Part shown: positions 57,359 to 64,000 of the stretch, in pieces
Numbering within the stretch: the first letter of the stretch is position 1
Layout: each line of letters opens with the position of its first letter
The notes under the pieces: model-generated
The model's database searches: none
What the model was told of the DNA's origin: nothing
The model's input: the letters and a program-made list of their open reading frames with translations, nothing else
Program-made: the position numbers and the translations under genes
Virus record (IMG/VR): IMGVR_UViG_3300042940_002333
Source: an uncultured virus (IMG/VR IMGVR_UViG_3300042940_002333)
Taxonomy: Duplodnaviria; Heunggongvirae; Uroviricota; Caudoviricetes
Length of the DNA: 64,000 nt
Reading direction: 5' to 3' (one strand)

Positions 57359-57934
57359 ATGTTATACAACGGATTCGTAGTAGTAGACACTAGAGATTCT
57401 CAAATGGCAGAATTTAATAACGCCGAGGAAAGTAATTATCCTCCTGGCACTTACGCTGGTCCTGGTGGAGCTCCATCTGGAACATATGGCCCTAATTTGC
57501 CAGGAAGCTCTGGCGGATCTTCTGGACCTTTACCTGGTCTTGGCGGTACTGGTTGGGGTGGAAGTCAATCTGGTGGTGGTCAATCTCGTGGTGGAGCCGG
57601 TCAGTACATAAACGCTGACACTATTGCCGCAGGAACAAATCTACTTGGTGGTATTTTTGGAGCGATTGGTGCGTCAAAGGCAGCAAAAGGGCCTATTGCA
57701 GGAAATGTAAAGGCTGTTTGTGGCAGAAAACCATTGTTTAATATCGGTGGGAAGAAAGATAGGTATTTTGCTTGTGCAGAAAGAGTGGCAAACCCTCAAC
57801 CTGTTTTTAGAGAAACACCTCCCCCAGAATCAAACAAGGGTTTAATCATTGGATTAATTGTAGCTGTTGTGTTGATAGGGATAATTATTACAGTAGTACT
57901 TGTTATGAAAAATAAAAAAGCGGCAGTAGCTTAA
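57359..57934 (+). CDS. Gly-rich C-terminally anchored membrane protein (ESNY)
   Basis: AEESNY; CGRKP; C-terminal TM. Confidence 0.8.
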   Translation: MLYNGFVVVDTRDSQMAEFNNAEESNYPPGTYAGPGGAPSGTYGPNLPGSSGGSSGPLPGLGGTGWGGSQSGGGQSRGGAGQYINADTIAAGTNLLGGIFGAIGASKAAKGPIAGNVKAVCGRKPLFNIGGKKDRYFACAERVANPQPVFRETPPPESNKGLIIGLIVAVVLIGIIITVVLVMKNKKAAVA

Positions 57935-57944
57935 TCTAAACACT

Positions 57945-58304
57945 ATGGCACAATATAAATTTAATAAAGATTGGTCTGGCGGAACTTATGTTCCTTCGGG
58001 GCAAGGTAGAGCGGTGTCTCTTGTTTCCTTTAAACAAGGGGACGTTGTAGAGGGAACTCCAATCAGAAACGACGTAAACTCCGAGCCACCAACTTTTATT
58101 GAGTTTCAGTCTAAAATGGGAACTGTTCGTGTAGGTTACGGCGGGAGAGCAGGAAGCCCTCTAGATTTAGTGTCTGGTGGAAATGTGGCATCTAAAACGA
58201 TGGGAACTGAAACTGGATTGCTTACTAAGAAAAACATTATCATAGCCGTGGTAGTTATCGCTATCGTAGCGGCAATTATTTATTTCATTAAACTAAAAAA
58301 ATAA
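57945..58304 (+). CDS. C-terminally anchored protein with an SH3-like domain (paralog family)
   Basis: YKFNKDW...SFKQGDVVEG. Confidence 0.75.
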   Translation: MAQYKFNKDWSGGTYVPSGQGRAVSLVSFKQGDVVEGTPIRNDVNSEPPTFIEFQSKMGTVRVGYGGRAGSPLDLVSGGNVASKTMGTETGLLTKKNIIIAVVVIAIVAAIIYFIKLKK

Positions 58305-58708
58305 TGACAATAAGTTTTATATTCGATAAAGACTGGACAGGGCCAAACTTAGCTTCTTCAGGTACACAGATTTCTTTCAAAAAAGGAGAATATGTTACCG
58401 GTGAAGTTGTAGACTCTAACACTCAAGATCCAACAAACTATGTCGTTATAACTAACACTAAGGGTCAAGCTCGCGTTCCTTTTGGTGGAAAATCGTATCA
58501 AGGATTAAATTCTATACTTAAATCTCCAGTTGCTCCGTGGCTTGGAGAAACGAAAGTAGATACAACTCCTGTGGGTGATTATAAAGCAGGGGACGTCACG
58601 GAAAAAATTAAAGAAATTAGTATGCCGGTAAAGATTATCGCTGGAGTTGTTTTGGTAATCATCATATTTTTTATTGTAAAATATATTAAAAAATTAAAAA
58701 GCAAGTAA
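58304..58708 (+). CDS. C-terminally anchored protein with an SH3-like domain (paralog family)
   Basis: FIFDKDW...SFKKGEYVTG. Confidence 0.75.
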   Translation: MTISFIFDKDWTGPNLASSGTQISFKKGEYVTGEVVDSNTQDPTNYVVITNTKGQARVPFGGKSYQGLNSILKSPVAPWLGETKVDTTPVGDYKAGDVTEKIKEISMPVKIIAGVVLVIIIFFIVKYIKKLKSK

Positions 58709-59007
58709 TGAACAAGAACGTAAAAGCCATCATCATCATTGTAGTTCTTCTGATAATAGCGTATCTGGTTTACAGGTTTGCGTTCAAGAATAAGAACTTG
58801 GTAAAAGGATATGCAAAGAAACCTGGAGATTGGGTTGCTTGTCAAGTAAAAGACTTTGACAGTAAAAACTATCAGGGCTACAATACTGCCGGTGTACAAA
58901 TTATTTTTAAGAAAGATGCGGTAAAAACCCGCCCAGGAAAAGATACTAATCTAGGTCAATGTGCTGACGCTGTTGCTAACCTTAATGTTTACACTTTAAA
59001 AGCATAA
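58708..59007 (+). CDS. N-anchored membrane protein
   Basis: N-terminal TM. Confidence 0.75.
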   Translation: MNKNVKAIIIIVVLLIIAYLVYRFAFKNKNLVKGYAKKPGDWVACQVKDFDSKNYQGYNTAGVQIIFKKDAVKTRPGKDTNLGQCADAVANLNVYTLKA

Positions 59008-59009
59008 AA

Positions 59010-59504
59010 ATGGAAAATAAAACATCAAAAATATTAGGGTTATTTAAGGACATTCCAGGTTGGGCAAAGGGAGTAATGCTTATTATCGTTGTCTTGCTTA
59101 TTGCGTGGATAGTGTATATGTTTTACAAGACAACTGGATTTCAAACTGGTGAGGAGCGTGATATTCAAAAAGACCTTGATAAAGACCAAGATGTTTTAAT
59201 CGATAAAGGTCAAAAACCTACCTTTCCGAGAACTTGGTATAGAGGTGCTGCCGATAAACTTTATGGTTGCGGTGCAGGTCAAGCACTTGGTGGAACAGAC
59301 GAGAGTTGTATTTACTCAGTGTTTGTTCAACTAAAGAACGATCTTGACGTGTTACTTTTAATTGAGGCTTTCGGCTCAAGAAGAAAAGGTTTTTCTTTTG
59401 CAGAAGCCAATTTAACAGGATGGATCACTGACGAAATGAACTCAGAAGAAAGAAGTGCACTAAATAATATATTAGCAAGAAGAGTAATTAAATACAGATT
59501 TTAA
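59010..59504 (+). CDS. N-anchored membrane protein with an annexin-like repeat
   Basis: ADKLY...GGTDESCIYSVF...L..WITDEM. Confidence 0.65.
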   Translation: MENKTSKILGLFKDIPGWAKGVMLIIVVLLIAWIVYMFYKTTGFQTGEERDIQKDLDKDQDVLIDKGQKPTFPRTWYRGAADKLYGCGAGQALGGTDESCIYSVFVQLKNDLDVLLLIEAFGSRRKGFSFAEANLTGWITDEMNSEERSALNNILARRVIKYRF

Positions 59505-59505
59505 T

Positions 59506-59958
59506 ATGATACAAAATTTAGGAAATAATACGATAATGCCTGTTGTTGAACCACCACCTTTTAATAAGGTTGGGCAGTATATTTTTAAAACAAACTATTT
59601 AGCGTCAAGCCCTCCTCCAGAATGTGCTAAATCGAACCCTCCTTGTCCGTATATGCCAAATAGGAGAGAATTTAAAGCAGGAGAAGCTGTTGACGGAAAA
59701 ATGACTGGTCAGAATCTTGATTCAAACGGATTGCTAATTCCAATGTCTTTGTTAGCACTTAATCCTATTGACGCAAGAAACACTGGTAGAGAAATGAATG
59801 ATAAAGCCACCGATAAAGATCCTTGGACAGGAAAACCCGAATGGAATAAGATATTTTCTATTCAGAATTTCTGGAGACTGGTAATCGTGATGATTTTCCT
59901 TTACCTGTTCTTGAAATATATGTTGCCCTTAATCAAAAGCTCATTTAAAAAAGCGTAA
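59506..59958 (+). CDS. C-terminally anchored protein (SH3-like paralog family)
   Basis: YIFKTNY...EFKAGEAVDG; C-terminal TM. Confidence 0.7.
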   Translation: MIQNLGNNTIMPVVEPPPFNKVGQYIFKTNYLASSPPPECAKSNPPCPYMPNRREFKAGEAVDGKMTGQNLDSNGLLIPMSLLALNPIDARNTGREMNDKATDKDPWTGKPEWNKIFSIQNFWRLVIVMIFLYLFLKYMLPLIKSSFKKA

Positions 59959-59986
59959 TGGATTTATACGGAACAAAATATAGAAG

Positions 59987-60370
59987 ATGATATTACAGAA
60001 ACAGACCATAGGAGGACTTGATGAAAACATACAAGGTAATTGTATGGCGACCTGTATTGCTTGTTTATTGGATATGCCCGTATCTAAAGTTCCTAATTTT
60101 GTGACTAAGCCAAGGACATTTGATCTGCTTGGAGAGTTCCTGACCGAAAGAGGGTACAAATTTAACGGGTTTTGGTATTACCCGCCTCCAGATTGGGCAA
60201 AGAAATTTAATGGGGTTGATGGATTTGCGATTATCGGCGGGCCAAGCCCTCGCCCTTACGTTAATTCACACGCAGTACTTTATAAAGACGGGAAGCCGTT
60301 TTGGGATCCGCACCCAGACGACACATTTACACTCGGAATAAAAAGAATTTATTTAATAACAAAGAAATAA
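59987..60370 (+). CDS. papain-fold, C39-like cysteine peptidase candidate
   Basis: Q...GNCMATCIACLL...SHAVLY...WDP gives a Cys-His-Asp arrangement. Confidence 0.55.
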   Translation: MILQKQTIGGLDENIQGNCMATCIACLLDMPVSKVPNFVTKPRTFDLLGEFLTERGYKFNGFWYYPPPDWAKKFNGVDGFAIIGGPSPRPYVNSHAVLYKDGKPFWDPHPDDTFTLGIKRIYLITKK

Positions 60371-60391
60371 TAACCTAAAAAACAAAATAAA

Positions 60392-60553
60392 ATGGAAGGC
60401 GACGCAAAAAAAATCGTATGGACAGTAGGAGCTCAATTAATTGCTCTTACAATCGGCTTATTAACTATCGCACTTATCGTGTGGGTATCTGGAAAAGCTT
60501 GGAAAAAATCTCAAGCAGAAAGCAATTATAACGGAAACTGGTTAAATTACTAA
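60392..60553 (+). CDS. small membrane protein with ESNY (53 aa, not in ORF track)
   Basis: MEGDAKKIVW...LIVWVSGKAWKKSQAESNYNGNWLNY. Confidence 0.72.
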   Translation: MEGDAKKIVWTVGAQLIALTIGLLTIALIVWVSGKAWKKSQAESNYNGNWLNY

Positions 60554-60657
60554 CAGTAATTAAAAATCACCATATTGTGTATAACAAATTTGCGATGTGG
60601 TGTTTTTTATGTATTTTCGTGGAGTAAAATAATTTATTAACTAAAAAATGTAAAGTT

Positions 60658-61029
60658 ATGTTTGGATTCGATTTAGGAAAAATGCTTGGCGGCGACGGTG
60701 GTGGCGGAAATGGAATGATTATGAATATGATTATGAAGCAACTTGCCTCGCCAGGAACACAAAAAATGATTGCCGGTAAAATTGACGAAATGTTCGCTCA
60801 TTTAGCTGGAACTGTAAAGTGTGAAAAGAAAGATTTAGCTTTGTTGTTAAAACTGGAAATGGTACCAGAATTAAACGAAAAAGGTGAACATCTTTTAGAG
60901 GATGATGGAAAAGGTGTAGCCGTACAAAAGCTTACTCAGAAAGCGATTATCTATGTAATGGTTGGCAATAAAGCAGTACAAAAGATTGCTATTGATCAAT
61001 TTCTTGCGATGATGCAGGAACAAGGATAG
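60658..61029 (+). CDS. hypothetical protein
   Basis: 123 aa; upstream promoter-like TTTG at 60589 and TATTTTCG at 60612. Confidence 0.7.
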   Translation: MFGFDLGKMLGGDGGGGNGMIMNMIMKQLASPGTQKMIAGKIDEMFAHLAGTVKCEKKDLALLLKLEMVPELNEKGEHLLEDDGKGVAVQKLTQKAIIYVMVGNKAVQKIAIDQFLAMMQEQG

Positions 61030-61040
61030 GAGACACAAAA

Positions 61041-61292
61041 ATGACAATGTATTCACCAGCACAACCAGAGGTATTAATAGCTTCTGGTACAATAGAACAA
61101 ATTAGCTCAATGTATTCTTGGGCTACTTTTATTAATAGTGGAGCTGCGGCTGGAACGATTGATTTCGGCGGCGGAAACATTGTTACTCTCGGAGCGGGCG
61201 AATCACTCACAATGCCTTACCTTGGTCGTCCATACGCATTTACAGAGATTGATGGTACTCTTACGACTATTAAAATCATTTATGTAAGATAA
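61041..61292 (+). CDS. small beta-rich structural protein (vertex/penton-like candidate)
   Basis: 83 aa all-beta pattern directly upstream of the spike genes. Confidence 0.5.
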   Translation: MTMYSPAQPEVLIASGTIEQISSMYSWATFINSGAAAGTIDFGGGNIVTLGAGESLTMPYLGRPYAFTEIDGTLTTIKIIYVR

Positions 61293-61293
61293 A

Positions 61294-62571
61294 ATGGGAT
61301 TTGAAGGATCTTCTGGTTGGCACCCACCTGGTGGTGGTGGAGGTGGCGGAATGGCTTTTACTTCTCTTACTTATGCTGCGTTACAAACTTTAATAGGAAC
61401 ATCAGCGTTAGTACAAGGAAATTATTATTTAATAAATGACTATCAAACGATTTACGACCAACCTGATTATGATGCGGCAGGTAGTCCTAAACCGGTAGTT
61501 ACAACAAATACAGGCTCTGTTGAACCTTTAATTGTTCAAGCGTCTTCTGTTAATCAGATAAATGAAAATGCTATTTCAACTTTATTCCCGTTAGATATTA
61601 TTCAATACGATGTAACGTTTACTGAAACAGAGGTTATGTTACAACCCGCAAAAGGCAGAATAACATTACGAATAGATACAAATAATAATAGAACTAACTA
61701 TGACCATAGAGCAGTTGTATTTAAAAGATACGAAACAAGTCCCTCAAGTGGAATCTATACGGTTGTTAATGATAATGGAAATGCTTCATTAGATACAATA
61801 CCAACATTTGGAGCAGACTGCTATTCTAATAAAATAGGTAATTTTTATACAACTTTAGATTTAAACAATACAGGATTTATATTATCAAATAATATTTTTG
61901 GAGATAATTGTTCTGATAATACAACAGGAGCAGATTTTTATAACAATACAATAGGCTCAATAGTTTATCAAAATAAGTTTGGGGATTTATGTCACAATAA
62001 CGTCATCGAAGGTGATGCTTATAACAATAACGTAAACAATAATTTTAGCTTAAATACGATTGGAAGTCAATTTTATAATAACTCCATATTCAATGGATTT
62101 AGACAAAATGTAATTGGCTCACAATTTCAAGGAAATGAAATTTTAAGTGGATTTAGAGAAAATACAACGTCAGCAGGATTTGCTAAAAATAGAATTGGGT
62201 ATGATTTTAGAAATGTAGGCATAACTATTGGAACAAACTTTTTAGATAATCAAATAGGAAATAATTTTAGTTCAAATGTTGCTATCGGAGATAACTTTCA
62301 AAATAATTCAATAGGAGATAATTTTCAAACTAATACAATAGGAGATGACTTTAAAAGCAATAATATTTGTGATAATTTCACGTCAAATTCAAATATTTTA
62401 AACAATTTTAAATTTAATATATTTCAATCGCCAACTACTTTAAATTATTCAACAGCTACTCACGTTTACGGGAATTATAATTGTACTATATTTTCAAATA
62501 GTACGGGGTTACAAAGGTTGAGTTATTTTGATGCCGTAGATACATTAACAATAGTAAATCCCAATTCATAA
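61294..62571 (+). CDS. spike/fibre protein with Asn-rich beta-helix repeats
   Basis: MGFEGSSGWH-polyG; YYLINDYQT; repeated NxIGxxF units. Confidence 0.75.
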   Translation: MGFEGSSGWHPPGGGGGGGMAFTSLTYAALQTLIGTSALVQGNYYLINDYQTIYDQPDYDAAGSPKPVVTTNTGSVEPLIVQASSVNQINENAISTLFPLDIIQYDVTFTETEVMLQPAKGRITLRIDTNNNRTNYDHRAVVFKRYETSPSSGIYTVVNDNGNASLDTIPTFGADCYSNKIGNFYTTLDLNNTGFILSNNIFGDNCSDNTTGADFYNNTIGSIVYQNKFGDLCHNNVIEGDAYNNNVNNNFSLNTIGSQFYNNSIFNGFRQNVIGSQFQGNEILSGFRENTTSAGFAKNRIGYDFRNVGITIGTNFLDNQIGNNFSSNVAIGDNFQNNSIGDNFQTNTIGDDFKSNNICDNFTSNSNILNNFKFNIFQSPTTLNYSTATHVYGNYNCTIFSNSTGLQRLSYFDAVDTLTIVNPNS

Positions 62572-62897
62572 TGGAAGAAAAAGCACCAATACCAACAAGC
62601 GTAGCGTATTTAACATCAGAAAATTACGCTACATATACTACGGTAACTTACGAGCAAGTAGTAAGTGCTTTAGGATATACTCCTTATGATGAAACAAATC
62701 CGAGTAAATTCATTTCGGGCATAGATTCATTAATGGTTACTGACGCTTTAGGTTATACTCCTTATGATAGCACAAACCCCGACGGATTTATTACAGTAAG
62801 AGCACTTGAAGGTTATGTGCCTTTTTCGGGTGCTAGTACAGATTTAGATTTAGGAACTCATAGTGTAAGTGGGATTATTCTGATATTTTTGTATTGA
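62571..62897 (+). CDS. fibre-like repeat protein, possibly truncated
   Basis: Two ALGYTPYDxTNP repeats and YVPFSGASTDLDLG, then an abrupt end. Confidence 0.6.
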   Translation: MEEKAPIPTSVAYLTSENYATYTTVTYEQVVSALGYTPYDETNPSKFISGIDSLMVTDALGYTPYDSTNPDGFITVRALEGYVPFSGASTDLDLGTHSVSGIILIFLY

Positions 62898-62960
62898 ATA
62901 AAATTTATTAGCAAAAAATATAGTTTACAGAATTTTTGTATATAATAAGATAAAATAAAA

Positions 62961-64000
62961 ATGGGATTTGAAGGATCTTCTGGTTGGCACGGTCCAAGTG
63001 CCGGGGGTGGTGGTGGTGCAATTCCATTAGCACAAGGCGAAATATATGTCGATGATAACGCTAATACACAGACTTTAACTAATCAAAACACATTCTACAA
63101 ACTCACAGCACCAACTTGGTCTGCTGGTACTAATAATGGCTTTACGCCAAATCTTGGCAGTCAAGAAATTCAATGCAACGGTGACGGAACTTATTTAGTA
63201 GTTTGTCAGGGCGATATCATTGCTCAAAATAATGAGCAAATAGAGTTTGCTTTATTCGTTAATAATGTTGAGCAAATAAATTTTGAATCGCTTGTTACAG
63301 GAAGAGGAGGTGCTCAACATTCTTCTTGGGGATATAATGGATTTGTTATTTTATCTGTTGGAGATATTGTAGATGTTCGAGTTCAATGTACTTCAAGTGC
63401 AGGTGAAACAATACTCTTACAACATATAAATTTAAGTTTACAAGCAAGTGCAGGCGCAACGGGTGCAACGGGTGCAACGGGTGCTGGTGGAGCTCTAGGT
63501 TATTGGGGTTCTTTTTGGTCAACTGATGATCAAATAGCAGCTAATACAACAACTGCTTATCCAATAACTTTAAACAATACCGACCCTGATTCTAATGGAG
63601 TAAGTATTGTTTCTAGTAGTCGTTTAACTTTTGCCTATGCAGGCGTTTATAATATTCAATTCTCTGCCCAGGCTGACAGAATATCGGGTAGCGGTACTGA
63701 CACTATTGATATATGGTTTCGTAAAAATGGAACTGATGTAGCAGATAGCAATACTGTTGTAACAGTATCTGGTTCTGCATTAGCAGCTAAGACCGTTGCT
63801 GCTTGGAACTATATGGCTGAGTGTAATGCTGGTGATTATGTAGAACTAATGTGGAGAACTTCAGATACTAGACTTGAGTTAGTTGCAAGTGCGGCAGGAA
63901 TAATTCCTATTAGACCAGCAGTTCCTAGTGTTATTCTTACAGCCTCTCAAGTTATGTACACTCAAATTGCACCAAGCGGAAATCCAAACATTTCAGTTAC
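62961..64000 (+). CDS. spike protein with two C1q/TNF-like (BclA-CTD-like) domains and a short collagen-like linker; runs off the window end
   Basis: Same MGFEGSSGWH start as 61294; DGTYLV and AGVYNIQFS...GDYVELMW domains; (GAT)3 triplets encoded near 63453-63480; no stop before 64000. Confidence 0.8.
   Translation, partial: MGFEGSSGWHGPSAGGGGGAIPLAQGEIYVDDNANTQTLTNQNTFYKLTAPTWSAGTNNGFTPNLGSQEIQCNGDGTYLVVCQGDIIAQNNEQIEFALFVNNVEQINFESLVTGRGGAQHSSWGYNGFVILSVGDIVDVRVQCTSSAGETILLQHINLSLQASAGATGATGATGAGGALGYWGSFWSTDDQIAANTTTAYPITLNNTDPDSNGVSIVSSSRLTFAYAGVYNIQFSAQADRISGSGTDTIDIWFRKNGTDVADSNTVVTVSGSALAAKTVAAWNYMAECNAGDYVELMWRTSDTRLELVASAAGIIPIRPAVPSVILTASQVMYTQIAPSGNPNISV

Noticed and set aside
1049..61210. 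Numerous short antisense or alternate-frame ORFs in the track (e.g. 41239-41805, 54867-55304, 37992-38465)
   Set aside because: They are shadows of longer, motif-bearing genes and lack credible leaders.
1..64000. Eukaryotic giant virus (NCLDV) origin
   Set aside because: Bacteroidota-type promoters, TAATG-coupled operons, intrinsic terminators, peptidoglycan-binding domains and a lysozyme point to a bacterial host.
1..64000. tRNA/rRNA genes, integrase, transposase or stop-codon reassignment
   Set aside because: None recognised by eye; the standard code already gives near-complete coding density. A tRNAscan/Infernal run would be needed to exclude small RNAs.

Overview
This 64 kb, AT-rich, gene-dense window is best read as part of a large dsDNA virus of a Bacteroidota host. 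The host call rests on TTTG-N18-20-TAnnTTTG promoters, A-rich leaders without Shine-Dalgarno sites, peptidoglycan-binding proteins and a lysozyme. No terminase, portal, HK97 capsid or tail genes are recognisable here. Instead the right half (41-64 kb) looks like the morphogenesis module of a tailless, membrane-containing virus: an FtsK/HerA (A32-like) ATPase, a beta-rich putative jelly-roll major capsid protein, more than 30 small membrane proteins (counting the minus-strand cluster at 23.8-27.3 kb), lytic enzymes and C1q-like/beta-helix spikes. Two motif systems stand out. (1) Four consecutive large ORFs (3.4-22.2 kb, about 6,200 aa) are strings of small unrelated modules (ART-like, WGR, DUF4314, SSAP-like, NCLDV-shared domains) joined by a recurring A-x-[DN]-G / YANGGG[VI] linker, which suggests cleavable cargo polyproteins. 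(2) An E-S-[NGSDA]-[YF] tag recurs in about 20 structural or membrane proteins, including the capsid candidate, and in several cases precedes a hypervariable Cys-rich peptide. Two candidate processing proteases are present (a HExxH zincin and a C39-like Cys-His-Asp protein). Also found: an SNF2 helicase with a class 3 (WCT, Leu1) LAGLIDADG intein, a DarB-like helicase with a separate degenerate methyltransferase, a minimal PolB-like protein, an RHH regulator with a palindromic operator repeated upstream of the capsid operon, and apparent CATG avoidance. All family assignments come from motif recognition by eye, not from database searches.
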